In this document: piece after piece, positions 38,292-47,896 of the stretch
Layout: every line of letters begins with the position of its first letter
Position numbering within the stretch: the first letter of the stretch is position 1
Assembly: GCA_958295485.1 (NCBI GenBank)
Contig: OY282354.1
Coordinates: forward strand, 2,083,417 to 2,147,416
Direction: 5' to 3'
DNA from: an uncultured Gammaproteobacteria bacterium
GTDB lineage: Bacteria > Pseudomonadota > Gammaproteobacteria > Eutrophobiales > Eutrophobiaceae
DNA length: 64,000 nt
Notes under the pieces: model-generated
Seen by the model: only the letters and a program-made list of their open reading frames with translations
Databases searched by the model: none
What the model was told of the DNA's origin: nothing
Program-made: the position numbers and the translations under genes

Positions 38292-39787
38292 TAGAGGCTT
38301 GGCGCAATCCCGTCATCCTGATGTTTTTGATCCTGTATCTGGGCATGTGTATTGGCGTGGGCATGTGGGCCATGCACAAAACCAGATCCACCCGTGATTT
38401 TTTTATGGCGGGGCGGGCGGTTGGCCCCATGGTTATTGCCTTCGCCATCTTTTCCAGCACCTTGAGCGGGTTTGGTTTTGTTGGCGGGCCGGGGCTTATC
38501 TATTCCATGGGCATGAGTTCCATGTGGATGGTAATCCCCTCTACGATAGGCACCACCTTGATATTTTTTTTGATCTCAAAACGAATTCGGCTCATTGCAG
38601 AACTGAGAGATTGTATCTCTTTACCCGATATCGTTGCCGCGCGATATAACAGCGACAGCGCCCGGTTATTAAGCGCTGTGGCCATTTTGCTGGGCGTGCT
38701 GGGTTACCTGGCCGTACAGATTCTGGCCATGGCCGTGGTCATGCAATCCATCATTAACAATGTCGGCTGGTTCGGCCAGGTAAATCTGTTATTTTGCATG
38801 GTTATCTCTTCCACCGTCCTGATTTTCTATTGCGTCACCGGTGGCATTATCGCTTCCGTTTACACCGACGTGGTCCAGGGCCTTGTCATGGCCATGGCGG
38901 GGATTTTGATCCTGGTTACGGCATACATGTTGTTTGAAAACGGCTACGTGGATATGTCCCGCCTCATGTATGCCGATGACCCGGCCTCTATCGGACCGTT
39001 TGGCACCCAGGGGATGATCGGTTGTTTGTCCTGGTATTTTGTGTTCGGACTGGGCGCCGCCGCCCAGCCGCACATTATTACCAAGCTGATGATGACCCGG
39101 GAGCTCAAGGACACCCGCATTATTCTGCCGGCATCAATCCTGGGTTATTCACTCTCTGCCTTGTTGTGGTTGTTTATTGGCCTGGTCATGCGTTCCGTGG
39201 TGCTTGCCGGTACCCACGCGCCACTGGAAGCGCCAGATATGGCGGCGGCAGAATTCCTGCAATACTACGTCCACCCTGTTCTTGCCGGCGTCGTCTTTGC
39301 AGCATTATTTGCAGCCATCATGTCAACCGCGGACGGTTTTCTGAATGTCGGCGCCGCGGCCATCATCCATGACATTCCCATTGCCGTTCGCGGGCATGGC
39401 GTGAAAAACGAGTTATTCTGGGCGCGGGTAGTGACAATATTGCTGGCTATCGTGGCAGCCGGATTTGCCTTGTTTTCTTTTTATATCAACGAGCGGCTTG
39501 TCGCAATTCTCGGCGTGTTTGGCTGGGCCACATTCGCTGCTGCATTGGTGCCGGTAGTGGCGCTTGGGTTGAATTGGAAAAGGGCTACGCCATTGGCTGC
39601 ATGCACGGCCATTCTCGTCAGCCTGCTTGTGAACCTTTCATTGGAAATTTTTGCCATTAAGATCCCGTGGGGCATACATGGCGGGTTTATTGCGTTGTTA
39701 CTGTCTTTGTTGATATTTATTTTTATCTCGTTACTGCAAACACAGCCGAAGCTCGCTGAAGATATTGATGCCATACTGGAAATTTAA
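38288..39787 (+). CDS. Sodium:solute symporter (PutP/PanF-like)
   Basis: DFFMAGR, SGFGFVGGPG, GG..ASVYTDVVQG, AALFAAIMSTADG. Confidence 0.92.
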   Translation: MIEAWRNPVILMFLILYLGMCIGVGMWAMHKTRSTRDFFMAGRAVGPMVIAFAIFSSTLSGFGFVGGPGLIYSMGMSSMWMVIPSTIGTTLIFFLISKRIRLIAELRDCISLPDIVAARYNSDSARLLSAVAILLGVLGYLAVQILAMAVVMQSIINNVGWFGQVNLLFCMVISSTVLIFYCVTGGIIASVYTDVVQGLVMAMAGILILVTAYMLFENGYVDMSRLMYADDPASIGPFGTQGMIGCLSWYFVFGLGAAAQPHIITKLMMTRELKDTRIILPASILGYSLSALLWLFIGLVMRSVVLAGTHAPLEAPDMAAAEFLQYYVHPVLAGVVFAALFAAIMSTADGFLNVGAAAIIHDIPIAVRGHGVKNELFWARVVTILLAIVAAGFALFSFYINERLVAILGVFGWATFAAALVPVVALGLNWKRATPLAACTAILVSLLVNLSLEIFAIKIPWGIHGGFIALLLSLLIFIFISLLQTQPKLAEDIDAILEI

Positions 39788-39970
39788 CCCGCTTCTTTGG
39801 TGAAACCTGCGCCAACCGGTGGAGCCAGGGCATGCCCTACGCCCGCCGCGCCGCGGCGAACTACGAAGGTGGTTCCTGGTATCTCCGGGGGAGCTACCGC
39901 TGGTAGCCCCCTCTCCCCTGCCCCTTTTACGACGGCATCTCAAAGAGAGGGGGAGATGATGGCGCCTGTT

Positions 39971-42900
39971 TTACATGTTGCGCCGGTATTGCCCCCCTGT
40001 TTCAAAGAAGGCGTTGGTCAACTGTCCCAGTGAACAATAGCGCGCGGCATGCATCAACTCGGCAAATATGTTTTCATTGCTGATTACCGCGACTTTAAGT
40101 CGTTCCAACGCTTTCCCTGACTTGGCGCGATTGCGCGCCTGAAATTCCTTTAATCGTTTTAACTGTCCTTGCTTTTCTTCATCGGTTGAACGGCTCAGTT
40201 CGGCGGTGTATTCCTCGTCCGCGCCGGGGTTGAGAAATGTATTCACGCCGATGACGGGGTAACTCCCATCATGCTTCTTATGTTCATAGTAAAGGGATTC
40301 ATCCTGTATCCTGCCCCGCTGGTAGCCGGTTTCCATTGCGCCTAAAACGCCGCCGCGCTCGGAAATACGTTCAAATTCCTGTAATACCGCCGCTTCCACC
40401 AGGTCGGTCAGTTCCTCGATAATGAAAGAGCCCTGGTTGGAATTTTCGTTCCTGGTCAAACCCCATTCCTTGTTGATGATCAATTGAATAGCCAAGGCGC
40501 GGCGCACCGAGTCCTCGGTCGGCGTGGTAAAGGCCTCATCGAAGGCATTGGTATGCAGGCTGTTGCAATTGTCATAAACGGCGATAAGGGCCTGCAGGGT
40601 TGTGCGAATGTCATTGAATGTCATTTCCTGCGCGTGCAGGGAACGCCCGGACGTCTGGACGTGGTATTTCAATTTTTGGCTGCGCTCATCCGCGCCGTAT
40701 TTATCCCGCAGGGTAACGGCCCAAATGCGCCGCGCCACCCGGCCAAGCACGGTATATTCAGGGTCCATCCCATTGGAGAAAAAGAAAGACAGGTTGGGCG
40801 CGAAATCATCGATGCGCATACCCCTGGCCAGGTAGGCTTCAACAAAAGTAAACCCGTTCGCCAGGGTAAACGCGAGTTGCGAGATGGGGTTGGCGCCGGC
40901 CTCTGCGATGTGGTAACCGGATATGGAAACCGAATAAAAATTACGGATGCGATTATCGATAAAGTATTGCTGTATGTCCCCCATCATGCCCAGGCTGAAT
41001 TCCGTGGAGAAAATACACGTGTTCTGCCCCTGATCTTCTTTCAGTATGTCGGCCTGCACGGTGCCGCGCACATTTTCCAGGGTATAGGCGGTAATCCCGG
41101 ATAATTCCTCAGGGTCCGGCGACCTGTTGTTTTCCCGTTTGAATTTCTCCACCTGTTGGTCGATGGCGGTATTCAGGAAGTATGCCAATATCGTCGGCGC
41201 AGGGCCGTTGATGGTCATGGATACGGAGGTATCGGGGTCACACAGGTCAAAACCGTCATACAGGGCTTTCATGTCGTCCAACGTGGCAATGGACACGCCG
41301 GAATTGCCGATCTTGCCATAGATATCCGGCCGCTCATCCGGGTCAAACCCATACAATGTTACTGAATCAAATGCCGTTGACAAACGTTTCGCGCTGGCGT
41401 ATTCCGATAATTTCTTGAAGCGCCGATTCGTCTTGAACGCATCCCCCTCGCCCGCGAACATGCGGGTGGGGTCCTCCCCTTCTCGTTTAAATGGAAACAC
41501 GCCGGCGGTAAATGGAAAATGACCGGGCAGGTTCTCCCGCATGATCCATTTCAACAACTCGCCGTGATCCTCATATTCAGGCAGCGCGACTTTAGGGATG
41601 ATCGTGCCGGAGAGTGTTTTCGAGGTGATTTTTACCTTGAGTTCCGCATCCCTTACCTTGGTGATGAACTCATCGCCACGGTATTTTTCCTTGAGCGTCG
41701 GCCAATTTTCCAGCAATTCCCTGCAGCGCGGGTCCAGCGACTCGTCTTTCTGCTCCGCCAGTTTTGCCAACGCCCCAAGCCCGGCGTCACGTTCAGCGCC
41801 CTGGTCATTCCCGGCGGCCTGCAACATCGCCGCGCTGGCTTGCAGCTGTTGCTTCTCCCGCGCGAGCGCGGCTTGTTCACGGGCATGTTGATGATATCGG
41901 CGGACGGTCTCCGCGATGTCTCCCAGGTAACGCTGTCGTCGCGGGGGTATGAAGGCGGCGCATTCCGTAGAAGTTTTGCCGTTGACAACGGGCAAGGCCC
42001 CCTTGTATGCCGGCAAGCCTTTTTGTCTTAATGCGGGCAATAACCCCTGGTAGAGGGCCGTGACGCCGTCATCGTTGAACTTCGAGGCAATGGAGCCGAA
42101 TACGGGCATGTCCTCCGGACGCTCGGAGAAGGCCTGGCGGTTCCGTTGCACCTGTTTTGCCACGTCCCTCATGGCGTCTTCACCGCCTTTACGATCAAAC
42201 TTATTGATTGCCACTACGTCGGCAAAGTCCAGCATGTCGATTTTCTCTAATTGACTTGCCGCGCCGAATTCCGGCGTCATGACGTATAAAGCCGTATCAA
42301 CGAAGGGAATAATACCCGCATCACCCTGTCCGATACCGGGTGTTTCCATGATGATGAGATCAAACCCGGATACTTTGACCGCATTGATAATATCCGCCAG
42401 GTAGCCGGGAATCTCAGTCACCGCGGCGCGGGTGGCGATGGAGCGCATGAAAACCGTTTCATGGTAAACCGCATTCATGCGAATCCTGTCGCCCAACAAG
42501 GCGCCGCCGGTCTTTTTACGCGTGGGGTCGATAGCGAGCACGGCGATATTCAGGTTGTCACCGCTGTCCAGGCGAAAGCGCCGGATGAGTTCGTCAGTCA
42601 ATGACGACTTCCCGGCGCCACCCGTGCCGGTAATGCCCAGGATGGGTATATCGGCGCCCCGCACAAACGCCTCCTTCTCCAACCGGACTTTTTGTCGATC
42701 AGCCAATTTACCGTTTTCAATCGCGGTAATGACCCTGGACAAGGTCAATCGATTGCCCCGGTTCAGTTCTTCCAGCCTGGCAGGACCGGCATCAACAGGG
42801 TCAAAGCGACATGCCGCTAACATGTGATCGATCATGCCCTGCAACCCCAATCGGCGTTCGTCTTCCGGTGAAAATATCCGTTGCACGCCGTATTCATGCA

Positions 42901-43258
42901 GCGTTCGAATCTCAGCGGGAGCAATCACGCCGCCACCGCCGCCGAACACCTTGACGTGCCCGGCGCCGCGTTCGTTCAGCATATCGATCATGTATTTGAA
43001 GTATTCGACGTGGCCGCCCTGGTATGAACTGACGGCAATGCCTTGCACGTCTTCCTGCAACGCCGATTCAACGACTTCATGCGCCGAGCGGTTATGACCC
43101 AAATGGATCACTTCCGCCCCGGATTGTTGCAATATGCGCCGCACGATGTTGATCATCACATCGTGTCCGTCAAACAGGCTGGCAGCCGTGATAAAGCGGA
43201 GACTGATTTTCTCAGCCGCTTCTGTTTGCTCTCTTCTCGCTGACGGTACGGTTGCCAT
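39971..43258 (-). CDS. icmF: Fused isobutyryl-CoA mutase/MeaI GTPase
   Basis: ASLFDGHD B12 domain, [13 protein letters not shown]-loop, [29 protein letters not shown]; 1095 aa. Confidence 0.95.
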   Translation of the reverse strand: MATVPSARREQTEAAEKISLRFITAASLFDGHDVMINIVRRILQQSGAEVIHLGHNRSAHEVVESALQEDVQGIAVSSYQGGHVEYFKYMIDMLNERGAGHVKVFGGGGGVIAPAEIRTLHEYGVQRIFSPEDERRLGLQGMIDHMLAACRFDPVDAGPARLEELNRGNRLTLSRVITAIENGKLADRQKVRLEKEAFVRGADIPILGITGTGGAGKSSLTDELIRRFRLDSGDNLNIAVLAIDPTRKKTGGALLGDRIRMNAVYHETVFMRSIATRAAVTEIPGYLADIINAVKVSGFDLIIMETPGIGQGDAGIIPFVDTALYVMTPEFGAASQLEKIDMLDFADVVAINKFDRKGGEDAMRDVAKQVQRNRQAFSERPEDMPVFGSIASKFNDDGVTALYQGLLPALRQKGLPAYKGALPVVNGKTSTECAAFIPPRRQRYLGDIAETVRRYHQHAREQAALAREKQQLQASAAMLQAAGNDQGAERDAGLGALAKLAEQKDESLDPRCRELLENWPTLKEKYRGDEFITKVRDAELKVKITSKTLSGTIIPKVALPEYEDHGELLKWIMRENLPGHFPFTAGVFPFKREGEDPTRMFAGEGDAFKTNRRFKKLSEYASAKRLSTAFDSVTLYGFDPDERPDIYGKIGNSGVSIATLDDMKALYDGFDLCDPDTSVSMTINGPAPTILAYFLNTAIDQQVEKFKRENNRSPDPEELSGITAYTLENVRGTVQADILKEDQGQNTCIFSTEFSLGMMGDIQQYFIDNRIRNFYSVSISGYHIAEAGANPISQLAFTLANGFTFVEAYLARGMRIDDFAPNLSFFFSNGMDPEYTVLGRVARRIWAVTLRDKYGADERSQKLKYHVQTSGRSLHAQEMTFNDIRTTLQALIAVYDNCNSLHTNAFDEAFTTPTEDSVRRALAIQLIINKEWGLTRNENSNQGSFIIEELTDLVEAAVLQEFERISERGGVLGAMETGYQRGRIQDESLYYEHKKHDGSYPVIGVNTFLNPGADEEYTAELSRSTDEEKQGQLKRLKEFQARNRAKSGKALERLKVAVISNENIFAELMHAARYCSLGQLTNAFFETGGQYRRNM

Positions 43259-43338
43259 GCCTTATTTATACACTATTTCTGCAGGCATTGCGATATAATG
43301 CCCGCTTTCTTCTTTCACTTGCTTGCGGAGAAACCGTA

Positions 43339-44826
43339 ATGAAAATGCCGCCTGTCGATAATGCCATCCTGCAAAACAGACCGGCTTTGATCAGACAAAT
43401 CAAGGCAATACTCCCTGATGAATGCGTGATTGTCGATGAGGCGGCCTTGCGCGCCTATGAAACCGATGCCCTGACGGCTTACCGACAGAGGCCGATGCTG
43501 GTGGCGCTGCCCGAGACGACGGCACAAGTCGCAGATGTGTTGAAACTGTGCAGCCGGCTGAAAATAAAGGTCGTGCCCAGGGGCGCCGGCACCTCCCTGT
43601 CAGGGGGCGCCCTGCCTTTGGCCGACGGCATAGTATTGGGGTTGGGCAAATTCAATAAAATTTTAGACGTTGATTTCGACAACCGGTGCGTAGTGGCCCA
43701 ATCGGGCGTGACCAACCTTGCCATCAGCGAAGCGGTCAACCACAGGGGGTTTTATTATGCCCCTGACCCCTCCAGCCAAATCGTCTGCACTATCGGTGGC
43801 AACGTCAGCGCAAATTCGGGCGGCGTGCATTGCCTTAAATACGGCCTGACAACAAACAATATCATGGGGATAGAAATGGTGACCATGACAGGAGAAATCC
43901 TGCGCATCGGGGGAAAATACCTGGATCCGGCCGGTTATGACCTGCTGGGCATCATAACCGGTTCGGAAGGATTATTAGGAGTGATCACGGAAGTGACGGT
44001 GCGGATTATCCAACAGGCTCAAACGGCAAGGGCCATGTTGCTCGGGTTTCCAAGCAATGAAGCTGCGGGAGAGTGTGTCGCCGGGATCATCAGCAGCGGC
44101 ATTATCCCCGCCGGGGTAGAAATGATGGATGAGTTCGCTATCAAGGCATCTGAAGATTACTGTCATGCGGGTTATCCCGTAGACTGCCCTGCCCTGGTGA
44201 TCGTGGAGCTTGACGGCCAAGAGGGGGAAGTGACCGAGTTAATCGGACAAGTCCGGGAGATTGCAGAGAACTGCCAGGTCGTATCCATACAAGTCAGCGA
44301 GACGGAAGCAGAGCGGCAGCGTATTTGGGCCGGCAGAAAAGCGGCCTTTCCCGCGTTAGGGGATATATCGCCTGATTATTATTGCATGGATGGCGTCATA
44401 CCCCGCCGCAAGCTCCCCCAGGTCTTGACTCGAATAAGGGAAATGTCCGATCAATACGGCCTGCGCGTGGCCAACGTGTTTCATGCCGGCGACGGCAATT
44501 TGCACCCGCTGATTTTATTCGATGCGAGCAACCCCGGGGAATTGCAAAAAGTCGAAGAATTTGGCGCTGATATTCTACGCTTATGCGTCGAAGTCGGCGG
44601 CGTGTTGACCGGTGAGCACGGCGTTGGCGTTGAGAAACGGGACCTCATGCACACCATGTTCGATGAACAAGACCTGCAACAGCAGCAACGGCTTAAATGC
44701 GTATTCGACCCGGACGGCGGGTTAAACCCCGGCAAGGTCTTCCCCACCCTGCGCCGCTGCGCGGAATTGGGTAAATTGCACGTGCATAAAGGGAATATCC
44801 CCTTCCCCGACATCCCCAGGTTTTAA
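43339..44826 (+). CDS. glcD: Glycolate oxidase FAD subunit
   Basis: RGAGTSLSGGA, APDPSSQI.CTIGGN, HAGDGNLHPLI, GEHGVGVEK; start ATG 43339 after GGAG. Confidence 0.93.
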   Translation: MKMPPVDNAILQNRPALIRQIKAILPDECVIVDEAALRAYETDALTAYRQRPMLVALPETTAQVADVLKLCSRLKIKVVPRGAGTSLSGGALPLADGIVLGLGKFNKILDVDFDNRCVVAQSGVTNLAISEAVNHRGFYYAPDPSSQIVCTIGGNVSANSGGVHCLKYGLTTNNIMGIEMVTMTGEILRIGGKYLDPAGYDLLGIITGSEGLLGVITEVTVRIIQQAQTARAMLLGFPSNEAAGECVAGIISSGIIPAGVEMMDEFAIKASEDYCHAGYPVDCPALVIVELDGQEGEVTELIGQVREIAENCQVVSIQVSETEAERQRIWAGRKAAFPALGDISPDYYCMDGVIPRRKLPQVLTRIREMSDQYGLRVANVFHAGDGNLHPLILFDASNPGELQKVEEFGADILRLCVEVGGVLTGEHGVGVEKRDLMHTMFDEQDLQQQQRLKCVFDPDGGLNPGKVFPTLRRCAELGKLHVHKGNIPFPDIPRF

Positions 44827-44876
44827 CAGGTAAAATAACCATAGGCAGGAAAATGAACCAGTCCGATTTCACTCTC

Positions 44877-44952
44877 GCAGGGGCAGGCCCCCGCGCCTGC
44901 CCTGGACAATGCCGGTCCGTGCCGGAGGGCAACCACGGGGGGTTGCCCCTGC
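44877..44952 (+). repeat. REP doublet (REPIN-like)
   Basis: GCAG-GGGCAGGCCCCCGCGCCTGCCC...GGGCAACCACGGGGGGTTGCCC-CTGC: two hairpins in inverted arrangement. Confidence 0.75.
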
Positions 44953-44995
44953 GGGTCCTCACTGGCGGCGGCGCTGGTCGCCCTTCCCCTCGAGA

Positions 44996-46297
44996 ATGAG
45001 CGAGAGATTTTTACCCGAAACGGAGCAACAGGCGCTGGAACTCGTCCGGTGGGCTGTTGCCGGGAACAAGACCATCGCCATCCAGGGAGAGAATACGAAG
45101 CAGGGTTTCGGGTTGCTTGCTGAAACAGACTGTATGGTATCAATGAGAAATCTTGCCGGGATCGTGGAATACCACCCGGAAGAGTTGGTCATGCAGGCAT
45201 TGCCCGGCACCCCGGTCGAAGAAATAAAACAAGAATTGAATAAACATGACCAGCGTCTGGAATTCGAGCCGCTGAACTTGGGCAGGATGTACCAAACAGG
45301 GGGCGAAGGCACGATCGGCGGGGTCTTCTCAGGCAACTTGGCCGGCCCGCGCCGGTTCAAGGCAGGCAGCGCGCGAGATCATATATTAGGGATCAAGGCG
45401 ATCAACGGCCGCGGCGAAACCTGTAAATCCGGCGGCAAGGTGATTAAAAATGTCAGCGGTTATGACATGAGCAAGTTAATCGCCGGTTCCTGGGGCACTT
45501 TGTCCGTCATCACTGAAGTGACATTCAAAGTCCTGCCCGCGCCCGCAGCGTCGGCCACCCTTGCCGTTCAAGGGTTGTCAACCGAACAAGGTCTGAAATT
45601 ACTGGCGACTGTTCTCTCCACCCCCTGCGAAACCTCGGGTCTGGCCTATTTGCCTGCCCCGGCATTAGCAGCCATTGAACCAGGCGAGGAGCCTGTTCCG
45701 CAGGATACAGGAAGTCCTCCTGGCAAGGGGGATTCAGGGGGGAGTCAGGGCGAGAGGGACGGAAAGCTGTTATTTCCCGATGAATCCATGACCTTGATAA
45801 GACTGGAAGGCACGGAATTATCGGTGAACGAACGAATACAGACCCTGCGAAAGCTGTTGCCGGGCGACCGCAAAAACAGTATCCTCAACCAGGCTGACAC
45901 CACCTTGCTGTGGTCCAAAATCCGTGATGTAGCGCCCTTGCATGACGTTCATCGCACACCCGCTATTTTAAAAATATCGACTCCTCCCACGGCCGTCCCG
46001 GGTTTAACACGGTTCCTCGATCAATCAGGCGGTTGTACTTGGTACCTGGACGCTGCCGGCAGCTGGTTATGGGTGGGTGTATGCCAGGCAGCGACAGCGG
46101 ACAAGCTCAATTCCATAAAGCGGGAAGTCAGTATCAGCGGCGGCAACGCAACCCTGTATCGCGCCCCCGACGCCGTTAAAAAGAATACGGGAATTTATTC
46201 CTTCCCTGACAGTTCGATTAAAAATCTCAACGAAAAGATAAAAAACAGTTTTGATCCGGGTAATATCTTTAATCCCGATAGATTGTATTCACTTTAA
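44996..46297 (+). CDS. glcE: Glycolate oxidase FAD-binding subunit
   Basis: IVEYHPEELV, TIGG...NLAGPRR, SGGKVIKNVSGYDMSKL.GSWGTL, FDPGNIFNP; start ATG 44996. Confidence 0.9.
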   Translation: MSERFLPETEQQALELVRWAVAGNKTIAIQGENTKQGFGLLAETDCMVSMRNLAGIVEYHPEELVMQALPGTPVEEIKQELNKHDQRLEFEPLNLGRMYQTGGEGTIGGVFSGNLAGPRRFKAGSARDHILGIKAINGRGETCKSGGKVIKNVSGYDMSKLIAGSWGTLSVITEVTFKVLPAPAASATLAVQGLSTEQGLKLLATVLSTPCETSGLAYLPAPALAAIEPGEEPVPQDTGSPPGKGDSGGSQGERDGKLLFPDESMTLIRLEGTELSVNERIQTLRKLLPGDRKNSILNQADTTLLWSKIRDVAPLHDVHRTPAILKISTPPTAVPGLTRFLDQSGGCTWYLDAAGSWLWVGVCQAATADKLNSIKREVSISGGNATLYRAPDAVKKNTGIYSFPDSSIKNLNEKIKNSFDPGNIFNPDRLYSL

Positions 46298-46379
46298 CAT
46301 TGCTTCATAATCCATTGAAAAAAAGAATTTTGATTATTTATATCCTGTATATCCTGCGTATGCGCCTTAAGGGTTGATT

Positions 46380-47762
46380 ATGCGTACTGAATTTACAACA
46401 GAGCAGTTGGCAGACCCCAGGTTGGATGAAGCGAACAGCATACTCCGCAAGTGTGTTCATTGTGGGTTTTGCAACTCGACCTGCCCTACATTCAAGTTAA
46501 TCGGCGATGAACTGGATGGGCCCAGGGGGCGTATTTACCTGTTAAAAGATATGCTGGAACGTGACACAACGCCTTCAAAACAGGTGGTTAAACATCTGGA
46601 CAGGTGCCTGTCTTGCCTGTCGTGCATGACGGCCTGCCCATCCGGCGTAAATTACATGCGCCTGATAGATGAAGGCCGTAGTTATATCGAGAAAAAATTC
46701 AATCGCCCCCTCATGGAGCGGCTTTTCAGGAACGCGCTGGCGTTGACTCTACCCTGTCCAGGCAGATTTCGACTGCTTTTAATCTTGTCCGGGTTGCTGT
46801 CACCCATCAAACAACTGTTGCCCGAACGATTTCGCGCAGCTATGAATCTCCGCTCCGGCGTGACCCGAACAGGGCAGAAACAGCGAACAGGCAACGGGAA
46901 TAACAGGTCGTCCGCCTCTTCCCTTCCTCCTGAAAGCGGCAGGTTATCTCCTTCCCCCCTTGAGGGAGGGAACCGGAAAGGCGCCGTAGGTCTTATTGCC
47001 GGTTGTGTTCAACAAGTCATGGGAACCAACATCAATTCGGCCAGTATCCGGCTACTGGAACAGCAGGGCTACCAAGTCCACCTGCTGTCAGACCCCCCGT
47101 GCTGCGGCGCGGTCGAGCATCATTTAGGCAAAACAGCCAAGTCGGAAAAGCGCTTCAAGCAAAATATCGCCACCTGGATAAAAATCGCCGATGAACTCGG
47201 CCTGGAGGCCTTAATCGTCAATGCCTCCGGCTGCGGCACCATGATGAAAGAATATGGCCACCTTTTCCGTCATGACGAAGCCCTGGCCGCGGATGCCGAC
47301 AGGGTCAGTGAGATGTGCCGGGATATTTCCGAATTTCTATCCGGCCAGACGATGGAGTTCAGAAGCGTTGAGATGAACAACATCCGCGTTGCCTACCAAA
47401 GCCCCTGCTCCATGCAACACGGGCAGAAGATAGACTCCCAACCCCTGAACCTGTTGCAACAAGCCGGTTTCGACGTACAGGAATTCCCGGAAAAATACAT
47501 GTGTTGCGGCTCAGCGGGCGTCTACAACCTCCTGCAATCCGAAATTGCACATGAATTGGGAAAAAGAAAAACAGCCCACATCGAACAGGCAAATATCGAC
47601 GTTATCGCCAGCGGCAACCTGGGCTGCATAATGCACATGCAGCAATTCACCAGCATACCCATCGTACACACTGTGGAATTACTCGACTGGGCAGCCAGTG
47701 GGCCTGAACCTTTTCAGGGCGACACGCGCTTTCCCCTTGACAAAAAGTCAAACACATTGTGA
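46380..47762 (+). CDS. glcF: Glycolate oxidase iron-sulfur subunit
   Basis: CVHCGFCNSTCP, CLSCLSCMTACPSG, two CCG domains. Confidence 0.92.
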   Translation: MRTEFTTEQLADPRLDEANSILRKCVHCGFCNSTCPTFKLIGDELDGPRGRIYLLKDMLERDTTPSKQVVKHLDRCLSCLSCMTACPSGVNYMRLIDEGRSYIEKKFNRPLMERLFRNALALTLPCPGRFRLLLILSGLLSPIKQLLPERFRAAMNLRSGVTRTGQKQRTGNGNNRSSASSLPPESGRLSPSPLEGGNRKGAVGLIAGCVQQVMGTNINSASIRLLEQQGYQVHLLSDPPCCGAVEHHLGKTAKSEKRFKQNIATWIKIADELGLEALIVNASGCGTMMKEYGHLFRHDEALAADADRVSEMCRDISEFLSGQTMEFRSVEMNNIRVAYQSPCSMQHGQKIDSQPLNLLQQAGFDVQEFPEKYMCCGSAGVYNLLQSEIAHELGKRKTAHIEQANIDVIASGNLGCIMHMQQFTSIPIVHTVELLDWAASGPEPFQGDTRFPLDKKSNTL

Positions 47763-47896
47763 ACCATGCTGAATATGACAAGCTCTTAAAACGATATGGA
47801 AACGAGGTGAATCGGCGTGAGATTCAGGACTATTAAAGAATAAAGTGCATGAACTCTTTAATGGGGTATCTTATATCAGCCGCATCAACAAGAAGA

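Noticed and set aside
39971..47762. Functional link between icmF and the divergent glcDEF
   Set aside because: Both are well-known standard genes, and adjacency alone gives no evidence of a shared pathway.
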